A DNA stretch of 64,000 nucleotides from the NCBI GenBank assembly GCA_963763085.1, contig CAVXNB010000003.1, positions 469,232-533,231 of the forward strand, in the 5' to 3' direction. The notes under the pieces were generated by a model. The model was given only the letters and a program-made list of their open reading frames with translations. It made no database searches and had not been told where the DNA came from. Origin of the DNA: an uncultured Acidimicrobiaceae bacterium (GTDB lineage: Bacteria > Actinomycetota > Acidimicrobiia > Acidimicrobiales > Bog-793). Positions 33,338 through 42,401 of this stretch are shown piece after piece (position 1 is the first letter of the stretch; each line of letters opens with the position of its first letter). The position numbers and the translations under genes were made by a program.

Positions 33338-35863
33338 ATGGCAGCAAGAACCTTCACAGGTGGCCGGCGGCGGCGTCACGTCCTGGCGGCGAGCTCATGG
33401 CTCGCGGTCGCGCTCAGCCTCGGTCTCGGCGCCAGTTGGTCCCTCGACGCCGCCAACGCCTACGGCACCCAGATCGCCGCCAGCGCCCGCCAGCCGAGGA
33501 CACCTGCGGTAGCGACACCGACGGTGGTGGTGCCGAGACCGTTCGGCTATGACCTCGTCGAGGCCGACGGCGCTGTGACGGCGGTGGGAGGAGCCGTTTC
33601 CTATGGCTCTGTGTCGAATACCTCCCTGGTCGCTCCGATCGTCGCCCTCCTCCCCACGCCCGATCGCAAGGGGTACTGGCTCATCGGTGCCGACGGCAGC
33701 GTCTTTCCTTTCGGGGACGCCAGGGCCGAGGGCGGAGCCGGCGGAAAAGTGCGTGCGGACCCGGTCGTCGGCGCCGCAGCCAGCGCCGGCGGCCTCGGCT
33801 ACTGGCTCGTCACGGCGAGCGGCAAGGTACTGGCTTTCGGCGACGCCCGCAGCTACGGCTCGATCGGCGTGCCGCACAACGACCGCGCCGTCGCCATCGT
33901 GGCCACGCCCGACGGCCGCGGCTACTGGATCGCCTGCCGGCGGGGCGGCGTCTTCCCCTTTGGCGACGCCAAGTACCACGGCTCGATGGCGGGACGTGCC
34001 ATGGACCACCTCATCGTCGCCATGGCCGCAACCGCGGACGGGGGCGGCTACTGGCTGGCGGGAGCGGGAGGCGAGATCTTCCACTTCGGCGACGCCGTGA
34101 ACCTCGAGCCGCCCACGCCCGTGACCACGAGATCGCCCTTCGTCGGGATCGCGGTCGACTCCTCGGGCACCGGCGCCTGGACGGCGAAACAAGACGGCGT
34201 CGTGCTCAACTTCGGCACGGCGGTCGATCACGGCTCGCTCGGAGTCGCGCCCGCCTCGCGAGTCACCGCGATCGCCGCCATGCCGATCCCGAGTGCCGGC
34301 ACGGGCCGACCGCTCGGGTACGTCCTGGCCGAGGCCGACGGCACCGTGAGCACACGCGGGGGAGCCACCGACTACGGCTCCCGCTCCAGCACGAAGCTGG
34401 TCGCTCCCATCGTCGCCCTCCTCCCCACCCCCGACCACCGCGGGTACTGGCTGATCGGTGGCGACGGCAGCGTCTTCCCATTCGGGGATGCCGCGTTCGA
34501 GGGCGCGGCCGGCGGCGAGGTGCGGGCGGACCCGGTCGTCGGCGCGGTGGCGACGACCGATGGCGGGGGCTACTGGCTCGTGACGGCTGGCGGCAATGTG
34601 CTGCCGTTCGGCGACGCCCGCAGCTTCGGCTCGATCGAGACCCCCCTCGACGACCCCGTCGTCGCCATCGCGGTCACGCCGGACGGAGGGGGCTACTGGC
34701 TCGCCAGCCGCAGCGGACGCGTCTTCAACCTCGGTGACGCCAGGAACTACGGCTTTCTTGGAGGTCACCTCGCCAGCCCGGTCGTCGCGATGGCCGTCAC
34801 GCCCGACGGCCGGGGCTACTGGCTCGCCGAGGCCGGCGGCGCCGTGTTCGCCTTTGGCGACGCCGAAACCCTGCCGCCGGCGACCACGGTCAAGCCGACG
34901 TCGCCCTCGGTGGGCATGGCAGTCACCGGGAACGGGAGCGGCGCCTGGCTGGCCGAGTCCAACGGAACTGTTCTCCCGCTTGGTACCGCGACCGCCCACC
35001 GCTCGGTCTCGGTGCCGCCCGCCTCCCGGGTCGTCTCGATCGCCGCCATGCCGGCCGTCGCCGGCTCCTCGTACCTGCGGTACCCCAAGGGCTCCTTCGG
35101 CTACGACATCAACTGGCCCCAGTGCGCGGGGCCGAGATCACCGAGGACCGTCCCGCTCCCGGGACCGCCGAATCATCCCTCCGGCACGGTCGACTTCACC
35201 GTCGCCGTCGTCGGCGTGGACGGATGGGCGATCGGGTCGCAGAACCCGTGCCTGAGGGCCGAGGTGCAATGGGCCGAGAAGGCGAGGAAGCCCAAAGGAT
35301 CGCCCTACGACCTCTACATCTTCCTCAACTCCCCGTCGTCGTCCGACACGATCGACCTGACAGGCCCGGCGGGAACCTGCGCCAGGTTCTCGGGCACCCG
35401 GCAGGAGTCCTGCCTCGCCTACAACTACGGCTACAACTCGGCGAGGATCGCCAGGCAGTACGCCGTCTCTCAGGGCGCGGCGTCACCCATGTGGTGGCTC
35501 GACATCGAGAACGACCTCTGTGGCCAGTACTGGTCGTGCCACCCGGCGCTCAACGCCAGGACGATCCAAGGTGCGCTCGACTTCCTGCACGCCCACAAGC
35601 TCACGGTCGGGATCTATTCGACGTCGGTCCAGTGGCAGGGGATCACCGGCGGCTACGTGCCGCACGGTCCGCAGGTCCCGATCTGGGTGGCAGGGGCGTT
35701 CTGGACCTCGCCGCCGTACCCCGCGAACTACGACTATTACCCGCCCTCGAAGCTCGCGCCGTACTGCGGTGGGCAGTACGGCTTCGCCGGAGGCAAGACC
35801 TGGCTTCTCCAGGAGACCCCTGGCCCGAACAACTACCCGTTCGACCCCGACTACTCCTGCTGA
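33338..35863 (+). CDS. secreted protein: 2 x 6 'GYWL..DG.VF.FGDA' repeats plus a Cys-rich C-terminal domain (possible GH25/DUF1906-like hydrolase fold)
   Basis: N-terminal signal peptide (..WLAVALSLGLGASWSLDAANA). Twelve repeats of approx. 40-50 aa, e.g. GYWLIGADGSVFPFGDARAEG, GYWLVTASGKVLAFGDARSYGS, GYWIACRRGGVFPFGDAKYHGS. The C-terminal approx. 260 aa contain 9 Cys plus GYDINWPQC and WWLDIEND motifs. Confidence 0.8.
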   Translation: MAARTFTGGRRRRHVLAASSWLAVALSLGLGASWSLDAANAYGTQIAASARQPRTPAVATPTVVVPRPFGYDLVEADGAVTAVGGAVSYGSVSNTSLVAPIVALLPTPDRKGYWLIGADGSVFPFGDARAEGGAGGKVRADPVVGAAASAGGLGYWLVTASGKVLAFGDARSYGSIGVPHNDRAVAIVATPDGRGYWIACRRGGVFPFGDAKYHGSMAGRAMDHLIVAMAATADGGGYWLAGAGGEIFHFGDAVNLEPPTPVTTRSPFVGIAVDSSGTGAWTAKQDGVVLNFGTAVDHGSLGVAPASRVTAIAAMPIPSAGTGRPLGYVLAEADGTVSTRGGATDYGSRSSTKLVAPIVALLPTPDHRGYWLIGGDGSVFPFGDAAFEGAAGGEVRADPVVGAVATTDGGGYWLVTAGGNVLPFGDARSFGSIETPLDDPVVAIAVTPDGGGYWLASRSGRVFNLGDARNYGFLGGHLASPVVAMAVTPDGRGYWLAEAGGAVFAFGDAETLPPATTVKPTSPSVGMAVTGNGSGAWLAESNGTVLPLGTATAHRSVSVPPASRVVSIAAMPAVAGSSYLRYPKGSFGYDINWPQCAGPRSPRTVPLPGPPNHPSGTVDFTVAVVGVDGWAIGSQNPCLRAEVQWAEKARKPKGSPYDLYIFLNSPSSSDTIDLTGPAGTCARFSGTRQESCLAYNYGYNSARIARQYAVSQGAASPMWWLDIENDLCGQYWSCHPALNARTIQGALDFLHAHKLTVGIYSTSVQWQGITGGYVPHGPQVPIWVAGAFWTSPPYPANYDYYPPSKLAPYCGGQYGFAGGKTWLLQETPGPNNYPFDPDYSC

Positions 35864-35901
35864 GACGCCGCGCCCGCTCGCCCGGCCCGAACGTGGCGCG
35901 C

Positions 35902-36624
35902 TCAGACGCTCTCGTGACGCACCCACACCGGGGCCGCGATGCGTAGGCCCTGGGGCTCGTGCGGCGGATGCGGATCGAGGTGGGCGGCGTCGTTGAACCG
36001 GGCCAGCCACCACCGCACCCCGGTGAAAGCCCATTCGGTTATCGACGCGTTGTCGGGATGAAAGCGCGTCAGGCCGCCGTGCTCCGGGAGCCCGAGGAAG
36101 CGGACCAGCGAGGCCCCGATGATCCCTCCGTGGCTGGACACCACGATCAGCTCTCCCGGATGGGCTTCGGCGACCTGGTAGAGCGCATCCTCCGCCCGGT
36201 CCAGGAGGTCCAGCCAGCTCTCGCCTCCCGGAGACAGCGGTCGCTCGGGTTCGTCGCCCGGCAGCAGCCGGCCGTAGCGCTCTTCGCACTCGGCCCAGGT
36301 GAGCCCGTCCGCCTCGCCCGGGTGCCGCTCGCAGAGCATGCACGCGGCCTCGTAGGAGATGTTCCCGAGCGCAGGGCTCAGGATGGCCGCCGTCTCGACT
36401 GCTCGCGGGAGGATGCTCGAATACAGAGCCGTCGCCTCTTCGAGCTCGCCAGTACGGCGGATTCGGTCCGCCAGGGCGAGGACCTGGCGGCGCCCCAGCT
36501 CTGTAAGGCCGCGGCATCCGGCGTGGCCGCCGACTAAGTCCTCGGCATTGCTCACCGCCTCACCGTGACGGATCAGCACGAGCCTCGTCCCGGGCGCGAC
36601 GCTTCTCCCGGACGCGATCTTCAC
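35902..36624 (-). CDS. histidine phosphatase family protein (phosphoglycerate-mutase-like)
   Basis: RHG motif (LVLIRHGEAVSN) and a downstream SHGG motif (VVSSHGGIIGA). Confidence 0.8.
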   Translation of the reverse strand: MKIASGRSVAPGTRLVLIRHGEAVSNAEDLVGGHAGCRGLTELGRRQVLALADRIRRTGELEEATALYSSILPRAVETAAILSPALGNISYEAACMLCERHPGEADGLTWAECEERYGRLLPGDEPERPLSPGGESWLDLLDRAEDALYQVAEAHPGELIVVSSHGGIIGASLVRFLGLPEHGGLTRFHPDNASITEWAFTGVRWWLARFNDAAHLDPHPPHEPQGLRIAAPVWVRHESV

Positions 36625-36679
36625 CGGGGCAAGGCTAACGGCCGGCCCGCTGGCGGCACCGCTGGCGGCACCCTCCCGC

Positions 36680-37858
36680 CTAGGTCAAATGCTCGACGAA
36701 CGCCTCGAGCTGGCGAAGGTTCCGGCACTCGTAGGCGGCGTCGCAGTACTGCACGTACTGCTCGACGATCGAGTCGCCGCTTCCCCAGTACGAGCGAGGC
36801 TCGGGATTGAGCCAGAAGACCCGTCGCGCCCGGTGGCGAAGCTCACGCACGACCCATGCCTGCGAGGCGTGGTAGTTGTTCCGGGCGTCGCCGAGCAACA
36901 GGATGCTCGTCTTCGGGCCTATCTCCTGACCCCACCGTTCGTAGAACACCGTCAGCGCGTGCCCGTAATCGGAGTGGCCGTCCACCCAGACGACGTCCGC
37001 CTCCACGTTCACCCGGCGCACCGCCTCGCCCACGGTCTCGGACCGCTCGAAGATCCCGGTCACCTCGTCGATGCCGTCGATGAACACGAAGCTGCGCACC
37101 TTGGAGAACTGTGACGCAATCGCGTGGACGAGATGCAGCGTGAAACGGGCGAACGCGGCGACCGAGCCCGAGATGTCCGCGATCACCCAGATCTCGGGCT
37201 TGGCCTGCTTGGGGTGCTTGAACCGGGGCTCGACGGGCACGCCGCCATAGGAGAGCGAGTGCCGCATCGTCGAGCGGAAGTCGAGCGGTCCACGGCGAAG
37301 GTGCCGGCGCTTGCGGGCGAGGCGGGTGGCCAGCTTGCGGGTCAGGGGCTGGATCGCCTTCCGCATCGCCACGAGCTCCTCGCGCGTGGCGTGCATGAAG
37401 TCGACGTCTTCGGGCAGAGGCTTGCGAACGCTGCGGGCGAGAGCCTCCGCCCCGCGGTCGGCAACGAGACGGCGCCGTATCTCGGCCTCGATCTCCTTCT
37501 TCAGCTCCTCGATGCGGCTGCGGTACTCGTCCTCCAGCAGCCGCTCCTCCAGCCGCGTCAGCTGGCCGGACCGGCGCCCGCGGAGCACGTGGCCGCCCGG
37601 CGGCTCGTCGCCGGCGCCGTTCACGCCGGCGCCGTCCTCGCCGGCCGCCGCGCGGGCCTCGGCGACGAGCCGGGCGAGCACGCCATCGAGATCGAGGTTC
37701 CGGAGCGTGCGGTAGAGGTAGTACGTGCCCCCTACCGGACGTCCGGGCTCCATCGCCGAGTAGCGGGCGACCGCGAGGCGCGCGACCGCCGCCAGCATGG
37801 CCAGGTCGCCGTTGCGGAGCGCCTTGTAGAGCATCGCTGCGATCTCCTCGGGCGTCAC
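36680..37858 (-). CDS. VWA domain protein, CoxE-like (middle and C-terminal parts)
   Basis: VWA/MIDAS-like segment (..IWVIADISGSVAAF..) and the CoxE-type C-terminus (..LLGDARNNY..VFWLNPEPRSYWGSGDS..). It sits next to a MoxR ATPase. Confidence 0.8.
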   Translation of the reverse strand: MTPEEIAAMLYKALRNGDLAMLAAVARLAVARYSAMEPGRPVGGTYYLYRTLRNLDLDGVLARLVAEARAAAGEDGAGVNGAGDEPPGGHVLRGRRSGQLTRLEERLLEDEYRSRIEELKKEIEAEIRRRLVADRGAEALARSVRKPLPEDVDFMHATREELVAMRKAIQPLTRKLATRLARKRRHLRRGPLDFRSTMRHSLSYGGVPVEPRFKHPKQAKPEIWVIADISGSVAAFARFTLHLVHAIASQFSKVRSFVFIDGIDEVTGIFERSETVGEAVRRVNVEADVVWVDGHSDYGHALTVFYERWGQEIGPKTSILLLGDARNNYHASQAWVVRELRHRARRVFWLNPEPRSYWGSGDSIVEQYVQYCDAAYECRNLRQLEAFVEHLT

Positions 37859-38181
37859 CGGCTCCGCCCCCCCGCCCCGGTCGGCGCCTGGCTCCGGCCC
37901 TCCCCCGACAGCCCCGCCGCGTCGTCACCTGAGACGAGGTCGTCCCGGCTGACCGAGTATTGCGGCCCCCGCAGCGAGAAATAGATCTCGAAAGCGGTAT
38001 CGAAGGCGCGCCAGTGGTTGGCGGACTTCACCAGGGTGGCGCCGAGCGCGAACTTGATCGCCTGTCGGTCCTCGAGCGGCAGATGCCCGATGGCCTCGGC
38101 CGCATCGGCCTCCTCGGTAACCGAGACCGGCAGGCCGGCTTGGCGCAGCTCGGCCACGAAGCCGGTGAGGACGTCGAGCAT
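37855..38181 (-). pseudogene. N-terminal part of the CoxE-like VWA protein, separated by a frame break
   Basis: MLDVLTGFVAELRQAGLPVSVTEEADAAEAIGHL..AFDTAFEIYF is the usual N-terminus of CoxE-type VWA proteins. Its TGA overlaps the GTG of the downstream ORF. A third frame reads smoothly across G/C homopolymer runs at about 37865-37905 (..GPEPGADRGGGAEPVTPEEIAAML..). Confidence 0.55.
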
Positions 38182-38212
38182 GGCGGCGAACGCGGCTGTG
38201 CGGTGCCGGCGG

Positions 38213-39127
38213 TCAGGAGGCGGACACGGCAGCGAGCTCTTTGGCCGCAACCTCGATGTCCGACCGGTACTTGAGCAGTATGTGCAGGGTGGCGCTGGCG
38301 GTCTCGGCGTCGACGCTTTCGATCCCGAGCAGCACGAGGGTCCGGGCCCAGTCGATGGTCTCGGAGATGGAGGGATGTTTCTTGAGGTCGAGGGAACGCA
38401 GCGACCGGACGATGCGCGCGACCTGCTCCGCGAGCTCCCCGGTGATCCCCGGGACCTTGGCGAGCACGATCGCACGCTCGCGCTCGAGCGACGGATAGTC
38501 GAGGTGCAGGAACAGGCACCGTCGTTTCAGGGCTTCCGAAAGCTCCCTCGTGTTGTTGGACGTGAGGAAGACGAGCGGGATCTGGGTGGCCCGGATCGTG
38601 CCGAGCTCGGGGATGGAGACCTGGTAGTCGGAGAGGACCTCGAGGAGGAGCGCCTCGGTCTCGATCTCGAGGCGGTCGACCTCGTCGACGAGAAGCACGA
38701 CCGGGTCGGGGGCGCGGATCGCCTCGAGGAGCGGGCGGGTCAGCAGGAACTCCTCGGAGAACAGGTCCTCTTCGAGCGACTCCCACCCGAGGGGCCTGTC
38801 GGCGCCGTCGTCCTCGGCGCCGCGCTCGACTTGGATGCGCAGGAGCTGCTTCTTGTAGTTCCACTCGTAGAGCGCCTTGGCCTCGTCCAAACCCTCGTAG
38901 CACTGGAGCCGGATCAGGCGAGCCCCGAGGAACCGGGCCGTCGACTTCGCGAGCTCGGTCTTGCCGGTGCCCGCCGGGCCCTCGACCAGGATCGGCTTGG
39001 CGAGGCGGTCGGCCAGGTAGACCACCGAGGACAGACCGTCGTCAGCGAGGTAGCCGACCGTGCCGAGGCCTTCTCGAACCTCGTCGACCGACACGAAACG
39101 CGGCTCTTCCTGCACCGTGACGTTCAC
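38213..39127 (-). CDS. MoxR-family AAA+ ATPase (CoxD-like)
   Basis: 304-aa ORF with Walker A GPAGTGKT, Walker B LLVDEVDR, and the typical MoxR length. Confidence 0.9.
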   Translation of the reverse strand: MNVTVQEEPRFVSVDEVREGLGTVGYLADDGLSSVVYLADRLAKPILVEGPAGTGKTELAKSTARFLGARLIRLQCYEGLDEAKALYEWNYKKQLLRIQVERGAEDDGADRPLGWESLEEDLFSEEFLLTRPLLEAIRAPDPVVLLVDEVDRLEIETEALLLEVLSDYQVSIPELGTIRATQIPLVFLTSNNTRELSEALKRRCLFLHLDYPSLERERAIVLAKVPGITGELAEQVARIVRSLRSLDLKKHPSISETIDWARTLVLLGIESVDAETASATLHILLKYRSDIEVAAKELAAVSAS

Positions 39128-40371
39128 GTCCTGATCTGCCCTTCCCCGTAGACGACGTACTTGACGCAGGTCAGCTCGCGCAGTCCCATCGGCCCGCGGG
39201 CGTGCAGCTTCTGGGTCGAGATCCCGACTTCGGCGCCGAGCCCGAGCTCTGCGCCGTCGACGAACCTCGTCGAGGCGTTGACGACCACGGCAGCCGCATC
39301 GACCTGCTGGACGAACCGCGTTGCGGTCACAAGGTCCGACGTGACGATGGCCTCCGAGTGGCCCGAGCCGTAACGAGCGATGTGGGAGATCGCCGCATCG
39401 AGATCGTCCACGACGCCGACCGCGAGCTCGAGCGCGAGGAACTCCGTCGCGAAGTCGGCGTCGGTCGCCGGCCGCGCACCGGCCAAGAGCGGCCTCGCCC
39501 GCTCGTCGGCTGCGAGGACGACCCCCTCCAGCGCCGCGCTCACCCGAGGCAGGAACTCGCCGGCGACCTCGCGGTGAACGAGCAGCGTCTCGGCGGCATT
39601 GCAGACGCTCGGCCGCTGCATCTTGGCGTTGACGACGATGCGCTCCGCCATGTCGAGATCCGCTGTCACGTCCACGTAGACGTGGCAGTTGCCGTCCCCG
39701 TCGAGCACGTAGGGCACGGTGGCGTGCTCGAGGATCATGGACAGCAGGGCTGGGCCGCCCCGCGGAATCAAGCAGTCGATGAAACCGCGGAGCCGGACGA
39801 AGGCCTCAGCGGTCGCGTGCGACGTGTCCTCCACGAGAAGGACCGCGTCGTGGGGCAGGCCGGCCTTGCCGATCGCATCCCGCAGCGCCGAGGCGATGAC
39901 CCGGTTCGACTCGAGAGCACCCGCCGAGCCCCGAAGCAACGCCGCGTTGCCCGACTTCAGGCACAGCCCCGCCGCGTCGGCCGTCACGTTGGGGCGGTTC
40001 TCGTAGATGATCCCGACCACTCCGAGCGGCACGCGAACCCGCTGCACGCGAAGGCCGTTCGGCCGCACGGAGCCTTCGACGACCTCGCCGACCGGATCCG
40101 GCAACGCCGCCACCGAGCGAAGCCCGTCAGCCATCTGCACCACACGCGCCTCGGTCAATCGAAGCCGGTCCACGACTGTCGGCGAGGCGCCGGCCTCCAC
40201 CGAACGTGCGACGTCCTCGGCGTTGGCAACCAGCAGCTCGTCCGACCGCCCGGCGAGGCAGTCGGCTGCAAGCGCCAATGCCTCGTCCTTTTCCGCCGAG
40301 CACACCGTCGCCATCGACCGCGCCGCCGCCCGGGCGCGCCCACCCAGATCGAGCAGGGACGGAGCCGACAT
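39124..40371 (-). CDS. proA: glutamate-5-semialdehyde dehydrogenase (gamma-glutamyl phosphate reductase)
   Basis: 415-aa ProA (..[26 protein letters not shown]..). Confidence 0.95.
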   Translation of the reverse strand: MSAPSLLDLGGRARAAARSMATVCSAEKDEALALAADCLAGRSDELLVANAEDVARSVEAGASPTVVDRLRLTEARVVQMADGLRSVAALPDPVGEVVEGSVRPNGLRVQRVRVPLGVVGIIYENRPNVTADAAGLCLKSGNAALLRGSAGALESNRVIASALRDAIGKAGLPHDAVLLVEDTSHATAEAFVRLRGFIDCLIPRGGPALLSMILEHATVPYVLDGDGNCHVYVDVTADLDMAERIVVNAKMQRPSVCNAAETLLVHREVAGEFLPRVSAALEGVVLAADERARPLLAGARPATDADFATEFLALELAVGVVDDLDAAISHIARYGSGHSEAIVTSDLVTATRFVQQVDAAAVVVNASTRFVDGAELGLGAEVGISTQKLHARGPMGLRELTCVKYVVYGEGQIRT

Positions 40372-40402
40372 TTCCTCAGGCTACCTTCGGGGCGCTATGC
40401 GG

Positions 40403-41272
40403 CTATTCGGCGTCGAGCAGCTCAACGAGCCGCCCGGCCTGCCAGGCACGCTCCGCCTCCCCCGCCGAGGGACCGCTCAGGTCGACGGCAGCCTGCCGGG
40501 CGCGCTCCGCCGCGTCACGGGCCGCAGCCCACGACGGCGCGTACTTCTGCCCCCCGCCGACGGGGAACAGGCCCCAGGGCGTGTCCACCTCGTCGACCTT
40601 GATCGCCGCCGCCTCCTCGCGCGCCTCGTAGCGTCGCGTCTCGCGGTCGGCCAGGGACGGGTAGGCGACGTGCCGCACAGCCTCGACCGCTGCCAGCACG
40701 GCATCGTGAGCCGCCGCGAGCGTGTCCCAGGCGGGATCGTCCATCACGTCGACGTCCCGGCCCTCGTCCTGCGCAGCCGCGCTGAAGGCGGCGTCGCTAA
40801 GCGTCGTGCCCTCACGGCGCATCCGCCGCGTGGCAGCCATCCGGGCGATGCGGCCAAGCTTGTGGCCGTCGGCACCGGTGCCCTCCGTGAGGTATTCACG
40901 GGTCGAGGCGATGATCGCCCCGAGCGTCCCACCGCCGGGCAACTCGGCGTCGGCGCTCCCGGGGACCGCTCCGAGGATGTGCTCGACGCTGTCGAGCGCG
41001 AAGGTCGCCGCCACGGTTTCCGACCACGCCGTGCCCCTGACCAGCCGGGCCGCGCCGGCGTCGCCCACCAGCTCGGCGACGAAGATACACTCGCCGAGCT
41101 CCTCGAGCAGCTGACTCGCATCGAACGTGACCGGAGCGCCGTGCTCGTCGGGAGCGACGATTCCGCCTGGCTCCCACTCGTCCCCCTTGCGAACAGGCAG
41201 CGGCCACGACCGCACGTATCCCTCGTGGTGCTGGCGGCCGTCGGCGTCGGCAGCCACGAATCGGTCGGACAT
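40403..41272 (-). CDS. hypothetical protein inserted between proB and proA
   Basis: ATG 41272 is preceded by GGGAGG. 289-aa acidic, Ala-rich, mostly helical-looking protein with an N-terminal ..GYVRSWPLPVRKGDEWEPGG.. segment. No family recognised with certainty. Confidence 0.6.
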   Translation of the reverse strand: MSDRFVAADADGRQHHEGYVRSWPLPVRKGDEWEPGGIVAPDEHGAPVTFDASQLLEELGECIFVAELVGDAGAARLVRGTAWSETVAATFALDSVEHILGAVPGSADAELPGGGTLGAIIASTREYLTEGTGADGHKLGRIARMAATRRMRREGTTLSDAAFSAAAQDEGRDVDVMDDPAWDTLAAAHDAVLAAVEAVRHVAYPSLADRETRRYEAREEAAAIKVDEVDTPWGLFPVGGGQKYAPSWAAARDAAERARQAAVDLSGPSAGEAERAWQAGRLVELLDAE

Positions 41273-41311
41273 TGCGACGACCTCCCGGTCGGGTCGATGG
41301 AGCTTCACAAT

Positions 41312-42401
41312 CTAGAGCACGACCAGGTCGTCCCGATGAACGACCTCGTGCGGGAGGTCGTCGGCAAGGTCGCCCGTTCGGCGCCCGACCCACTCCGAGG
41401 CGCGGGCCGCACCGAGCCGGGCGATCCCCTTCCCGAACATCGCGCGATCCGCCCCGAGAAGCTCGACCGCGTCATCGGCTTCGAAACCGCCCTCCACCGC
41501 GACCACACCCGCGGGCAGCAGCGACGTCCCCCGCTCGACGACCGCACGCCTGGCCCCGTCGTCGACCACGATCCGACCCGCCGGCCGGAGCGCGAACGCG
41601 ATCCAGAGCTTGCGCCGCGCCGAGCGTGCGCCGGTGCGGCAGGAAGACCGTCCCCACGCCGGGCTCCCCGGCGATCGCACCTGCGAGCACCGCGCTCCGG
41701 CGCGCCGATGCGATCACGACCCGCGAGCCGGACCAGGCGGCCATCTTCGCGGCGGCGAGTTTCGAGGCCATTCCGCCGCGGCTCGAAGCGCTGGCGGCGC
41801 CGCCGGCGACCTGCTCGAGCTCGTGATCGATCTCGGTCACCTCCTCGATCAGGGTGGCCTCGGTGTCGCGGCGGGGGTCCGCGCTCAGGAGCCCCGCGGT
41901 GTCGGTCAAAAGGACGAGCAGGTCCGCCCGTAGGAGATGCGCCACCAGCGCCGCCAACCGGTCGTTGTCCCCGAAACGCAGCTCGTCGTCGGCCACGGCG
42001 TCGTTCTCGTTCACGATCGGGACGACCCCGAGCTCTAAAAGCCGCGAGAAGGCGTCGCGCGCGTGCAGGTAGCGCTGACGGTGGGTGAAGTCGAGCGGGG
42101 CAAGCAGGACCTGGCCCGCCAGCAGGCCCTCCGCCGCCAGGGCGTCGTCGTAGACACGCATGAGGCGCGGCTGGCCGATGGCCGACAGCGCCTGCATCGT
42201 CCTCGGGTCGCCACGGTAACCGAGCATCGGTGCCATGGCTGCGACTCCGGCGGTGACCGCGCCCGACGTTACGACGACCGCGGTGTGGCCTTGGCGCCGA
42301 AGCTCGCCTACCTCACGGCAGAGCTTTCCGACAGCTGCTGTGTCCACCGATCCGTCCGCGGCGGTCACCGAGCTCGTTCCGATCTTCGCGACGACGATCA
42401 T
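41312..42401 (-). pseudogene. proB: glutamate 5-kinase with an apparent frameshift before the PUA domain
   Basis: ORF 41472..42401 gives the kinase domain (MIVVAKIGTSSVT..NENDAV..) through ..GTVFLPHRR. ORF 41312..41680 gives ..SARRKLWIAFALRPAGRIVVDDGA.. (PUA domain) in another frame. They join near 41615-41640. The span is 1090 nt, not a multiple of 3. Confidence 0.8.

Noticed and set aside
33395-34999. 534-aa minus-strand ORF antisense to the repeat protein
   Set aside because: It is Arg/Gly/Asp-rich and mirrors the periodicity of the plus-strand repeats. The plus-strand frame has a signal peptide, a coherent repeat consensus and a promoter/SD, so the antisense ORF is a shadow.
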